A program made the translations under genes and the position numbers. The notes beneath the pieces are model-generated. The model ran no database searches. It saw nothing but the letters and a program-made list of their open reading frames with translations, and had not been told where the DNA came from. From the NCBI GenBank assembly GCA_004431415.1, contig QPMI01000047.1, forward strand, positions 62,001-126,000: a stretch of DNA of 64,000 bases. Reading direction: 5' to 3'. This document shows positions 12,722 to 23,155 of this stretch, one piece after another. Source of the stretch: Cyanophora paradoxa CCMP329. Taxonomy: Eukaryota > Plantae > Glaucophyta. Each line of letters opens with the position of its first letter. The stretch's first letter is position 1.

Positions 12722-13927
12722 TACGCCGACGTAACGTAACGTAACGCCGTTCGTATACCCAGTACCGGCCGCCGCGCGGTGGTCCTGGTGACCGGTATAC
12801 GTACGTATATATACTGTACGTGCTGTACATGTACATGTGGGCTTGTACATGTGGCGTGCACGTCCGACGTCGACGGTCTTCGAATTCGAATTCGAATTCG
12901 ACATCGACAACCTTCGCAATTGAGGGCAAGGGACCATCGGACGTGGCATTAATGTTCTCTTTCCGAAGTTCAGATCCGGGATCCTCGCGATCGCGGCCGA
13001 CCGCGAGCGCTGCGCATGCCGGCTGCCGCAGTGCGTGGCTCATCTACCGGAGTAACCGGACTAGTTAGTACCGCCGGGCCGGTAGATCTCGGCATCCTCT
13101 CAAAGTCTGTCAGAGCGAGCTCGAGCCTCGGTTTAATGTCCACCTCATGATCATGATCAGCTTTTGCACGCGATCGTGAGCTCAATTGCAAGCGCCATCG
13201 GCGCGGGCCCTCAACTTGCCATTGGCCTCAAGCTATTCATCCCGGAGTCCGTCACGGCGTACGAGTAGCCTAGCAGCGATCGCCGCGGCCCGCGGCCGGC
13301 TGCGAGCTCGAGGTCTCCGTCGTCGATAGCCTGGATCGATATCGGAGGCCATCGATATATATCGCTGCCCGGCGCCGGCGCCGGCGCCGCCTCGAGCTCC
13401 GGACTCCGGGACTCGGAAACCCGTCCTCCTTCCGAAGTCGACATCCGCGGCCGAACCCGGGGTGCTCTGGGGCCGATCTAGAAGGTCACGCGTATACGTA
13501 CGATGGCCCCCGCCCGGGTCCCGCAGGTGCTCATGCGCGCCGCGGCATCTCAGATCTAGATCTGAATACGTATATATCTGTACGTATACATGTCGCCATT
13601 AATATTGCAATTGCCGCGGGCCCCGCGCCGCGGGCCGCGCGCGCCGTAAGCTCAATTGCAAGACTCTGAGAGGCGGTGATCATGAGTCGCGATCGACGTC
13701 GACGTCGACGCTGCGCATGCGCATCATGGCATGCGCTCGATCTCGCGATCGCCGGCGCCGGCGCCCCGGCGCCTCAGCTGCGTATGCCATGATGCCGCCG
13801 TGGCCGGGCGCCAGTCCGCAGCGCCGCCCGAATTCGAATTCGAAGCTGGAACTCGGAGGGGGGTAGAGGGAATCAAAGACATCCAGAGTTGCGGCTCGTC
13901 CGATCCGCGGTGCTCGCTTTCCTGGCG

Positions 13928-15709
13928 ATGGATCCGCGCTTCATGAGCGAGGATCCACCGTCCCTCGCCCATAGCTACTGCGCTGATATCGACCATGACG
14001 TCGACGCGTCCAGCTTCAGTCATCCGCAGGTCCGCTGCCGTGGCTCGCGTGCACGAAGGACTCCGCCGTACGTACGCTCGCTTCTAATCAGCCCGCCGCC
14101 TGCGCGCAGGCCTCCGCGAGCCCGAGCCCGAGCCCGAAGCTCCCCCACGCGTGTCAGCGCTGCGGGAAGGCCTTCGCCAACCTGTTCGGGCTCGGCCGGC
14201 ACAACGGCTGGTGCCCGCGGACGCCGGCGAACGGCAAAGAGGCCCCCGCAGCGGCGTCGACCTCGGCCGGCCGCGGGAAGAAGAATTCGAAGCGCAAACG
14301 CAAGCGCGCCCCGCGCAGCGCGCCCGAGGGGATCGATTCCGAGCCTGCGGACGGCGCCGCGAGCTCGCCGCGAGCGAGCTCGGAGCACGCGGTAGTGGAG
14401 GAAGAGTCGGAGGAGGAGCGGGAGGACGAGTTCGACCTTCCTGCGGTCCGCAAGCGCGCGCACGCGCGCGCGCTCCACCTTGGGCCCGTCGCGCTCGGCT
14501 CGGTCTGACGGGCCGGCGCGTCGACAGAGGTCGGCGCGGAAAGCGCCGGTGGCTTCGACGCGGGCCGCGCCCACCGCCGCCGCCTCCCGCAGGAGCAGTG
14601 TCGGGAAAGCGGGGTGCGCGTGCGCGCGCGTCCCTCGCCCGCGCCGGGAATCCGACCCAAGCGCGCAGCCCGCGGCCGGCGCCGCCGTCGAGCGCGGCGG
14701 GCGGGCGGCGCGCGGCGCGGAGGCGGGCGCGGGGCGCGGCAGGCGGCGGCGATCCCGATTGAGATCACGAGCGTCGAGCCGGTCGTCCTTCTCGAGGAGG
14801 AAGACGGCAGCAGCGAGGAGGATCCGGAGCCGCGCGGCGCGAAGGGGCGGAGGGCGGAGGGCGGCCCCGCGCCTCATGATCAGGCGGACGCACCCCAGCC
14901 CGAGCGGCGGTACCCCTCGGTGAGCCGCGGCCCGGCCCCTCGGATCCGGAGGGCTCGGCGCGGCTCTGATCATGAGGGGCGCCCCCCCTCGCAGGGCGAC
15001 GCGCCGTTCTTCCTCCCGTACCGCTTTTTTAAGCTCGTGCGCCCCCACTCCCCCCCCCCTCCCCCCTCCCCCCCCCCCCCCGCCCCCCGCCTCGCCAGCT
15101 CCGGGCCCGAGGCTACGCACAGGGCGGCGCGAAGGGGCTCGGGAGGGCCGTCGTCCCTTGGGGAAACTACGAGGTTCGCCTGCCCCCGCCCGGCCCTGCC
15201 CGTCCCGGCTCCTCGGCTGACAGCGACGGCCGCCTGCAGCTCGAGACGCCGCCGGCGGACGAGCAGGCGGGCCGCGCCCCCGGCCCGCCTGCGCCCGCCT
15301 CTCCCGCGGCGGCTGACCGCGCGGCATGCGCAGGCGACGGCTCGCAACTGGGACCGCGTCGTGATCGCGTGCTACGGCCCCGAGAAGGCGCGGCACACGA
15401 CCAACTTCGATATTTCGAGTCCGGCCGCCGATCGCAATCCGCCGCCGCCTCCGCGCCGCCTCACCTGAGCCGCACGCGGCCGCAGCGTACGAGGCCGAAG
15501 TCTTCTACAGGCGGCTCTTCCTCGAGCAGCCCCCGCCGCCCTTCGGGTTCCACGGGAGCCGCGCGGTGCGCGGGCCGCGCACGTTTAGAAGCGGCGCGGC
15601 GCTCAGGGGGCCCCCTCAGATGGACAAGGACGTGCTGGTGCTGGGATTCCTGCGGGAGGCCGGCGCGCTGGAGACGGGCGCCTCGGCCGGCGGCGGCGGG
15701 CGACCCCAG
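13928..15709 (+). CDS. Host zinc-finger / AP2-like DNA-binding protein, 5' part (interrupted by virus 1)
   Basis: C2HC finger HACQRCGKAFANLFGLGRHNGWC (~14145-14215). AP2-like C-terminal helix ARNWDRVVIACYGPEKARHTTNFDIS (cf. AARAYDxAA..G..A.TNFDIS). Last exon MDKDVLVLGFLREAGALE..RPQ ends at a CAG|GT donor. Confidence 0.6.
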
Positions 15710-15711
15710 GT

Positions 15712-16167
15712 AAAAAATGAGAGAGGGCCCACCACGGTGGCCCACCCCTCTCCGCCACCCCATCCCCTCACCCCCCTCTCTCACTGCACCAGCCCTAGCG
15801 TCCTCACCACTCTCCCTCCGACCCCGCTCTGTCGTTATGTCTACCCCGCCGATCCAGCTACGTCTGCCGGCCTTTTCCCTAGGTCAAAGCCTAGCAATAG
15901 CTTGCGACTATTCAAGACAGAGCTGACAACTAGAAGAGACGTAGAGGAGCGCGGCCCCCCCTTGAGCGCGGTCTGCAGAGCAACAGGGCAGCATAGGCTA
16001 GGCGGTATTAATGTGTACATCGGATCTAACTATCGAAATGCGTTCAGCTTTACAAGTTATCTATTCGTGACTACTGTGAGAAAGGCGCAGCGCGGGCAAG
16101 GTCTATCTAGGCGTTAACTACGGATATTAGACCCCCGGTTGCTTGCGCGCGGTCTGCTGCGGCCTCA
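15712..16167 (+). repeat. Left terminal inverted repeat (456 bp)
   Basis: Reverse complement of 38807-39262; one mismatch seen by eye (15905 C vs 39069). Confidence 0.97.
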
Positions 16168-16244
16168 GGAGAGAATAACTTCATTCTTTTTACCTTCACT
16201 GTAATCCCTAGCTTGCTGGACTGAATTGGGTGCTGTAAAGATAA

Positions 16245-16652
16245 AGAAGTATTAAAAGAATAGATATTACCTATGGGCATTGCCTAGAAGTATTAAAAGA
16301 ATAGATATTACCTATGGGCATTGCCCAGAAGTATTAAAAGAATAGATATTACCTTTGGGCATTGCCTAGAAGTATTAAAAGAATAGATATTACCTATGGG
16401 CATTGCCCAGAAGTATTAAAAGAATAGATATTACCTATGGGCATTGCCCAGAAGTATTAAAAGAATAGATATTACCTATGGGCATTGCCCAGAAGTATTA
16501 AAAGAATAGATATTACCTTTGGGCATTGCCCAGAAGTATTAAAAGAATAGATATTACCTTTGGGCATTGCCTAGAAGTATTAAAAGAATAGATATTACCT
16601 GGGCATTGCCTAGAAGTATTAAAAGAATAGATATTACCTTTGGGCATTGCCT
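16245..16652. repeat. Subterminal 41-bp tandem array, 10 copies
   Basis: AGAAGTATTAAAAGAATAGATATTACCT(A/T)TGGGCATTGCC(T/C) starting at 16245, 16286, 16327, 16368, 16409, 16450, 16491, 16532, 16573 (39 bp), 16612. Confidence 0.95.
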
Positions 16653-16809
16653 TTAAGTTAATTAATATATATTGATACTTCTGGACATGGCTGGTTCCGA
16701 AAATGGCTCAGCATTTAAAAGCACTTAAAGATTTCTCAATTGATTACTAATGATGACGTGCCTGACAGTGATAAGGATAGCCAGATCAATAAGGCCTAGA
16801 GATTGCTCT

Positions 16810-17218
16810 TGAACTTTTGTCCGAAGTCACTATGCGAACTTGGACGTGAATTTGTGTCCAAAGTCACTAGGCGACCTTGGACGTGAACTTTTGTCCAAAG
16901 TCACGAACTTCAGAACGGTGCCCGAATCGGCTAGCAAGTAGTCTAGTAGTCTCCTGTGGTGTAATTGAGGCTATACTAGCGCTTTGATCATGACACGCAT
17001 GCGTGGGGATGCGCCTGCATGCTTGGGGATTTTGGACGTGAACTTTTGTCCAAAGTCACGAACTTCAGAACGCCGCCCGAATTGGCTAGCAACTAGCCTA
17101 GTCGTCTCTTATAGTGTAATTGAGGCTATATTAGCGGCTAGATTGAGCGAGACATGCGTGGTGGTGCGCCTGCATGCTTGAGGATTTTGGACGTGAACTT
17201 TTGTCCAAAGTCACGAAC
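16810..17218. repeat. Repeated TTGGACGTGAACTTTTGTCCAAAGTCAC motif (5 copies; last three at 155-bp period)
   Basis: Copies at ~16810 (partial), ~16840, 16877, 17032, 17187; internal inverted TTGGAC..GTCCAA. Confidence 0.85.
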
Positions 17219-17464
17219 GTCATGCCTTCTAAGACTGCTTACTGTAGTGTTATAAGCGCTACTAGAATTCGAATTTAAATGCATTTGCGTATACATCGCC
17301 GCCGCAAGAGCGCCAACTCAGCTATCAGTTTTCCAAGCAGCACCAGCTGCGATCTACCACACAATGTGCCTCAGTGACATGTTATAAAGGAATCGCACCG
17401 CCCTATAGGAACGAGCGGTTGGTTGCGCGCTTTCTCTGAAAATCTTTTGGAGCGCTATTGTTAA

Positions 17465-20400
17465 ATGGAGCGACGGTTTGAGATCGCGCGGCTCAAAGAG
17501 CAGATAGCAGGCCAGGCCGAGGTTTTGTACAATCGCAGGTTTATTCATGGACAATTTAGAAACAAACTGCAGCGCATCAGTGCGAGTGGCTCACGCACGC
17601 GACTGCCGACACTACAAAAATACGCATCACTTTTGAACGAGCTGTCAACAGTACCGAGGCCGCCGAGACCAGTTGCAGCTGCACGGCTAGAGCTTGCTAT
17701 TGCTGAGGGGATTGTAGCAGGATTTTCAGAGCTGCCCGATCCGAGCGTGAGCGAGTTCAGCGAAACTGAAATTGCAGAGGAGGACGGCACAGTGACGACA
17801 CGTACAGCGCTGAACGGGACATACGCTGACTGGGAGTACCGGCCCTCACGTGGAACAGGCCGAGTCACGTCGATGCAGGCGCAGCTCGAAAATAATGCGA
17901 GGTTCAGAGCAGGCGCAGTGGCATTTGCGAGCGTGCAGCAAGAATTAGCAAGTCAGGATCGAATGGGCATAGCTTTGCAGGTCTCAGGAGTCGGACTCTA
18001 TCGCAAGCCTAACGAGGACTCAGCGCTTGCAGTAGTGATTGAGCACAGGAAATTTTACCGCATACTCCCAGGGTCAGACGTTGTTGAGGCGATCCGCTCA
18101 CAGCTGGAGGAGCTAGATACTATTGCGCAGGAAAAGAGCCGTGATTCTTCCGCCTTCGAGACGTGGATTAAGCTACGCTTTACCGCGATTAGATACTTCA
18201 GGCGTATGGGCGGCCGCGGACGCGGGTTTGTACTTCCGAGCTGGCTTGCACTGAAGCAGGCCTTGATCAATATCAATGCACCGAACAACGAGTGCTTTAA
18301 ATATGCTGTCCTCGCAGCGCGCAATCCGCTGGCCCCAGGGGTGGATTCGAGGCATGCAGGAAGCTATCGGCAGCACGAGGCATCGCTAGATTGTACGATG
18401 CTCACGTATCCGACGCCACTCGATTCGAAAATGTTCAGCAAATTTGAGTGTGCGAATAATGTTAAGCTCTGCGTCTACACGACTGCGCTAGACAAGCAAG
18501 ACGTCATTCCAATCCACATAAGCGCAGCAACGGATGCTATACCCATACTGTACGTGCCAGCAGGCGACGGGAATGATGTGGGACATTATTTGTGGATAAA
18601 GAACATATCGCGCCTGTTTGGAAAGCATGGGTCGAATGCGAAGCACTATTGCCTGGCATGCCAGTGCGGCTTTGGCTCAGACGAGGCCTTTCAAAATCAT
18701 CTTAAATACGACCGGTGCCTTGATCGAGAGGAGCACGCAAGGGACGTGCTTCCGAAAAAGGGTGAGCACATTATAAAATTCAACAGTTTCGAAAAGACGA
18801 TTCGCCAAAGACTTGTTGGGTATGCGGACTCGGAAACTATGACTGTACCTGTTTTGCAGACCGAGAGTGAATCAAAGACGAAGCAGCTAGGTGTTCACGC
18901 GATATCTTCGATCGGGTGCTTAGTTATCCTAAACAAGGGACAAAATCAAGGAACGAATGAAACTGTAGAAAGCGTTGAAAATTCAGAGACGAGGCAACAG
19001 GAGCAGTTTTGGTTCTCGCATATGGGCTCGCAAACTGAGGAGTCTGCAGAGGCATTTGTTACTTGGCTAGATGAAAAAGAGCCGCAGTTTAAGGGAATCT
19101 TGGAGGAGAAAGCGACGATGCAGATTACGCAGGAACAAGAGCGCTCCTTTCAAGCAGCAGAAACGTGCTATATGTGTGGAAGCGAGTTCAAAGAAGTCAA
19201 AGATAAAAATCGAGATCACTGCCACGACTCCGGGCAGTATCTTGGAGCGGCCTGCAAGGCCTGTAACAGGCGACGAGCAAAAGCTGCCGCCGTGCCAATA
19301 TTCTTTCACAATGGCCGAGGATTTGACTTTCACCTATTAGTGAGGGCTTTGGCAGCAGGCTATAACCGGCGGAAAGTCGCAGAAAATGCATTCAGAGCCG
19401 AGGTTGAGCGCAAGTTTCAAGCCAAATACGCAGGGCGTGAGCTGAGCGCAGATCATGAGAAAAATGCAAGGAAGCGGCTTGAGCGCACACTACGTCCTCG
19501 TGAGTTACTGTCAACGAAGTTTGACCAGGTGTTTCAGAACAGCGAGCGCATTTCACAGTTCACATACGGCATTTACGTTTTCCGTGACTCTGCTCAGCAC
19601 CTGCAGGGCAGTCTCGATAGCCTTGCGGCTGCAGTACCTGATGAGAAAAAGAAAATCACGCGTGCACTGCATGAGGGCGAGACACGGTTCAAACTAATGA
19701 CGCGCAAGGGTGTCTATCCATACAAGTACATTACTGGCTGGGATCGTCTTGCAGAGACATCACTACCAGGGCGCCGCCAATTTTACAATGAGCTAAAGCA
19801 GTCGAAGTGCTCTCGGGATGATTATGCCCACGCTCAGTCGGTCTGGCGTGAGCTTGGTTGCAGGACAATGGCTGATTATACATTGGAGTACATGAAGACA
19901 GACATAGCTCTTCTAGCAGACGTCTTTGAAAACTACCGGGACACCTGTATGGAGACGTACAAGCTGGATCCCAGCTACTTTATGAGCATTCCAGGTTTCT
20001 CGTGGCAGGCGGCTTTGAAACACACCGGCCAGCAACTGGAGCTGTTCCACGAAGGGCAGGAGGATATGCACCGCTTTATTGAGAAAGGGATCCGTGGAGG
20101 AATCTCTATGATATCAAAAAGATATGCTCGAGCTAATAATGCCTGGATTGATAAGTACATCGTGGGTCACAGAAAAAAGCAGGGCTGGTTACTGTACCTC
20201 GATGCGAACAACCTTTATGGGCTTTCTATGAAACAAAAACTACCGACAGGGGACTTCAAATGGGAGGACGTCAGTGGTATTACTGATCCTAAACTGTATA
20301 TCACAGACCTTGATGTTCATGGTTCAAGGGGTTTTTCTCTGGAGGTTGACATGCATTGTCCTGAAGAGCTGCATGATTATTTTAGCGATTACCCGCTAGC

Positions 20401-21508
20401 TCCTGAGCGCATGTGCATATCAAAAGAGCACCTGTCGGCAAAACAACAAGAATCGATTGAAAACGAAAAGCTTAGTGGAATCGAGAGAACGCCAAAGCTA
20501 GTTCCAAACTTGCTGCCGAAGAATAATTACGTAGTGCATGCACGAGTGCTGCAGTTTTATGTGTCGATGGGGATGGTTGTTACCAAAATACACAGAATGC
20601 TTTCGTACGAGCAAAGTGCATGGCTTGAGAGCTACATTGATTTGAATACTATGAAGCGAAAGCAGGCGGAATTCCCGTATGAAAAAGATCTCTACAAGCT
20701 ACTAAATAATGCGGTGTTTGGGAAAACGATGGAGAATGTGCGCAAGCACTGCAATTCCGAGCTTGTGACATCAGGAGAACGACTGGCAAAAATCAACACA
20801 GAGCCAAATCGCTTGAGACAGGTCGCTGTCTATGCCGAGAACTTGGTGTACGTAAATAAGCGAAAGAGCGAATACACACTCAACAAACCGATCTACTGTG
20901 GATTCGCAATCCTTGATTTGTCAAAGCTGCACATGTATCGGTTTTACTACCAGGTGCTCAAACCGCTCTGGGGCCAGCGGCTTAAGCTACTTGGAACAGA
21001 TACAGACAGTCTCATAATTGAGATTGAGACCGAAAATTTATACGAGGACCTTCGCAAAATCAAATGCGAGCTAGATGTTAGTGAATACCCTCCAAACCAC
21101 CCATTCTTTGAAGGGATGCCAGAAAACGAAGTGCAGCGATTGCGATCACTGAACAAGGTCCCAGGTCTTTTCAAGGATGAGTGTTGCGGTATGCAGATGT
21201 TGGAGTGGATTGCAAACCGGCCTAAGTCGTACTACATGAGCACCGAGATATCAGAGACACACAAATGCAAGGGCGTTAACAAGACGTTCAGCAGCTCGCT
21301 GACACGAGAGCGATACTACGACTGCATCTTTGGGGGCAAATCATGCAACGTAGAGGGGATTCTCGGCTTCAGATCGAAGCAACACCAGATCTGGCTACAG
21401 CAGACGTCAAAGCAAGCCCTGCACCCGCTTGATACCAAGCGATTCCTGTGCGAGGATGGTGTGAACACCAGGGCGATAGGTCACTATAAAAATCTTTCAA
21501 ATAACTAA
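17465..21508 (+). CDS. polB: Protein-primed family B DNA polymerase (pPolB), 1347 aa
   Basis: Exonuclease motifs YADSE, FHNGRGFD, YMKTD; RKGVYPY; polymerase motifs YLDANNLYG, KLLNNAVFGK, TDTDS; endonuclease VII-like CxxC..RDHCH..CxxCN insert. Confidence 0.95.
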   Translation: MERRFEIARLKEQIAGQAEVLYNRRFIHGQFRNKLQRISASGSRTRLPTLQKYASLLNELSTVPRPPRPVAAARLELAIAEGIVAGFSELPDPSVSEFSETEIAEEDGTVTTRTALNGTYADWEYRPSRGTGRVTSMQAQLENNARFRAGAVAFASVQQELASQDRMGIALQVSGVGLYRKPNEDSALAVVIEHRKFYRILPGSDVVEAIRSQLEELDTIAQEKSRDSSAFETWIKLRFTAIRYFRRMGGRGRGFVLPSWLALKQALININAPNNECFKYAVLAARNPLAPGVDSRHAGSYRQHEASLDCTMLTYPTPLDSKMFSKFECANNVKLCVYTTALDKQDVIPIHISAATDAIPILYVPAGDGNDVGHYLWIKNISRLFGKHGSNAKHYCLACQCGFGSDEAFQNHLKYDRCLDREEHARDVLPKKGEHIIKFNSFEKTIRQRLVGYADSETMTVPVLQTESESKTKQLGVHAISSIGCLVILNKGQNQGTNETVESVENSETRQQEQFWFSHMGSQTEESAEAFVTWLDEKEPQFKGILEEKATMQITQEQERSFQAAETCYMCGSEFKEVKDKNRDHCHDSGQYLGAACKACNRRRAKAAAVPIFFHNGRGFDFHLLVRALAAGYNRRKVAENAFRAEVERKFQAKYAGRELSADHEKNARKRLERTLRPRELLSTKFDQVFQNSERISQFTYGIYVFRDSAQHLQGSLDSLAAAVPDEKKKITRALHEGETRFKLMTRKGVYPYKYITGWDRLAETSLPGRRQFYNELKQSKCSRDDYAHAQSVWRELGCRTMADYTLEYMKTDIALLADVFENYRDTCMETYKLDPSYFMSIPGFSWQAALKHTGQQLELFHEGQEDMHRFIEKGIRGGISMISKRYARANNAWIDKYIVGHRKKQGWLLYLDANNLYGLSMKQKLPTGDFKWEDVSGITDPKLYITDLDVHGSRGFSLEVDMHCPEELHDYFSDYPLAPERMCISKEHLSAKQQESIENEKLSGIERTPKLVPNLLPKNNYVVHARVLQFYVSMGMVVTKIHRMLSYEQSAWLESYIDLNTMKRKQAEFPYEKDLYKLLNNAVFGKTMENVRKHCNSELVTSGERLAKINTEPNRLRQVAVYAENLVYVNKRKSEYTLNKPIYCGFAILDLSKLHMYRFYYQVLKPLWGQRLKLLGTDTDSLIIEIETENLYEDLRKIKCELDVSEYPPNHPFFEGMPENEVQRLRSLNKVPGLFKDECCGMQMLEWIANRPKSYYMSTEISETHKCKGVNKTFSSSLTRERYYDCIFGGKSCNVEGILGFRSKQHQIWLQQTSKQALHPLDTKRFLCEDGVNTRAIGHYKNLSNN

Positions 21509-22437
21509 TGGCGCCCTCATTTAAAATTACTGCTCCACCAGGGGCATATCAAGTCGACATACTTTTCATAGGACGTTTTCGACTATTTGCAGCGATTGAG
21601 ATTGCAACTCGATTCGCAGTTGTCAGAAAGCTTGAAGATGCTAAACAGATTCCGAAATTCATCGCTCAGCTGCCGGGGATCTGGGGTTTTTCGGGCGACA
21701 ATGGCTTTAATACGGCTGCTGTGCGGGCAATGGCCGAAGAGAATTCATTTTCGATGCACACTGACGTCGCTAAGGATGATCACATATCGAAAGGCGACAA
21801 GCTAGCAATCATCGATCGATTCGCACGGACATTGCGAGCCCTGATTCAGGCAGACACAGAGGAACGAGGGTCGCCGAATTTTCTCTCCCGGCTGCCTGCT
21901 TTGATCAAGGCATACAATCAAACAAAACACAGCTCTTTTGGCAGAGAGTATTCACCAGCCTGGATGCGAGATCACCCGCAGGTCGCTGCCCAGCTGCACC
22001 AGGTGCGTCAACGACAGAACGACATTGAGAGAGACGCGTTGAATCTACCAAAGCCAGGGACTGAGGTGCAGATACTGGAGCCTAAGAGCAGCATTTTTGC
22101 GAAGGGAGCTACGAAACCGAGCAAGGAGACGTACACAGTCGTGGGGCAGGACAGGAACCGAATAAGGGTCGCAACCAAAGAGGGACAGATATTAAGCCGT
22201 AGAATCAAGCCTTCAGAAATTCGAGCCCCGAGACAGCTTCCGAATCAGTCAAAAATAGAACGAGCTGCGGCCAAAGCAAAGCAAGAGCGACAGCTACGGC
22301 GCGAGGGTCTCATTGAAACGAAAAAGTATAGCGGACAGAGTCGGCAAGCTCGTGAGCTCAAGAAACTAGAGGTTGCAGGGGAGCCTTCGCTGCGGTTAGG
22401 CAGTAAGGTCGCTGGAAACTATGCCCGCCGCAATTAG
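21508..22437 (+). CDS. Retroviral-like (rve) integrase, 309 aa
   Basis: YQVDIL, SGDNGF, IIDRFARTL, YNQTKHSS, FAKG; TAATG overlap with polB; consistent with the 6-bp TSD. Confidence 0.85.
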   Translation: MAPSFKITAPPGAYQVDILFIGRFRLFAAIEIATRFAVVRKLEDAKQIPKFIAQLPGIWGFSGDNGFNTAAVRAMAEENSFSMHTDVAKDDHISKGDKLAIIDRFARTLRALIQADTEERGSPNFLSRLPALIKAYNQTKHSSFGREYSPAWMRDHPQVAAQLHQVRQRQNDIERDALNLPKPGTEVQILEPKSSIFAKGATKPSKETYTVVGQDRNRIRVATKEGQILSRRIKPSEIRAPRQLPNQSKIERAAAKAKQERQLRREGLIETKKYSGQSRQARELKKLEVAGEPSLRLGSKVAGNYARRN

Positions 22438-22713
22438 CGACCTAATTTCAGTGCGCCTTCGCTCTCGGTATTTTCGGTCGTTGTCAAGTTTTCGTTCAGG
22501 GTGTGCAAGGTTATATTGACGGGAGACAGCAATCTGCCGCTGCCGGTAATCTGGATTTTCATGGTATCGCTTTCGCTGCAGCTCTGCACGTCTTTTGCGT
22601 CTCTCTGCAAGTATCTCTGGCGTAACCTCAGTACGTATGTGCGCGGGCTTCTCAAAATTCTTGCGAGGCCTGCCTCGTGGACGGGAAGCAGTCGTGAATT
22701 CAGCACTGTCCAT
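22396..22713 (-). CDS. Small basic AT-hook protein (probable start MDSAEF)
   Basis: RPRGRPRK AT-hook followed by an Arg-rich helix RYHENPDYRQRQ; AT-rich leader. Confidence 0.6.
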   Translation of the reverse strand: MDSAEFTTASRPRGRPRKNFEKPAHIRTEVTPEILAERRKRRAELQRKRYHENPDYRQRQIAVSRQYNLAHPERKLDNDRKYRERRRTEIRSLIAAGIVSSDLTA

Positions 22714-22816
22714 TTGATGAGTGGTGCTGTGATTGTTATATAGGAAAGAAATTCGAGAAACGTTTATGGCGCGTTCAAATCGAAAAATTAAATCGCAGCG
22801 GTTTATATAAAGCAAA

Positions 22817-23101
22817 ATGGTCGCAGACAAGCAGCGACGCTGCGCCTCAGGAACAATTCGATTTGGGAAGTACCGCGGTGAAACTCATCTTAAAGTAGTT
22901 TTTAGCGACCCAAAGTATGCGGAATGGTTGTTATCTTGGCCGCATCTTCGTGAGTACGACAAACGTGAATTGCAGCACGCTTTTGAGATTTGTCAATTAG
23001 AAGAACCAGCGATGGTTCAGGGAAGGATTGATCGAGCAAAACAGCAAAGGAGACCTACTGTGGAGGATCTTCCGGATTTGCCTGATTTTGACTTGTCTTA
23101 A
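22817..23101 (+). CDS. Small protein with FGKY(R/K)G motif (DUF3820-like)
   Basis: IRFGKYRGE...DPKYAEWLL. Confidence 0.6.
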   Translation: MVADKQRRCASGTIRFGKYRGETHLKVVFSDPKYAEWLLSWPHLREYDKRELQHAFEICQLEEPAMVQGRIDRAKQQRRPTVEDLPDLPDFDLS

Positions 23102-23155
23102 AGAGATCTCTATCTCAGATTGTAAAGTCGCAGACAAGCAGCTCGGCTGCGCCAA

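Noticed and set aside
46-15500. Many long overlapping Arg/Pro/Ala/Gly-rich ORFs (also 39000-42200 and 50800-51900)
   Set aside because: Expected shadow ORFs in very GC-rich, intron-containing DNA; no domain motifs.
15717-15926. 69-aa ORF present in both TIRs
   Set aside because: Starts 5 bp from the terminus with no room for a promoter; its duplication is explained by the TIR.
16245-16652. CRISPR array
   Set aside because: The 41-bp units are contiguous with no unique spacers; no cas genes.
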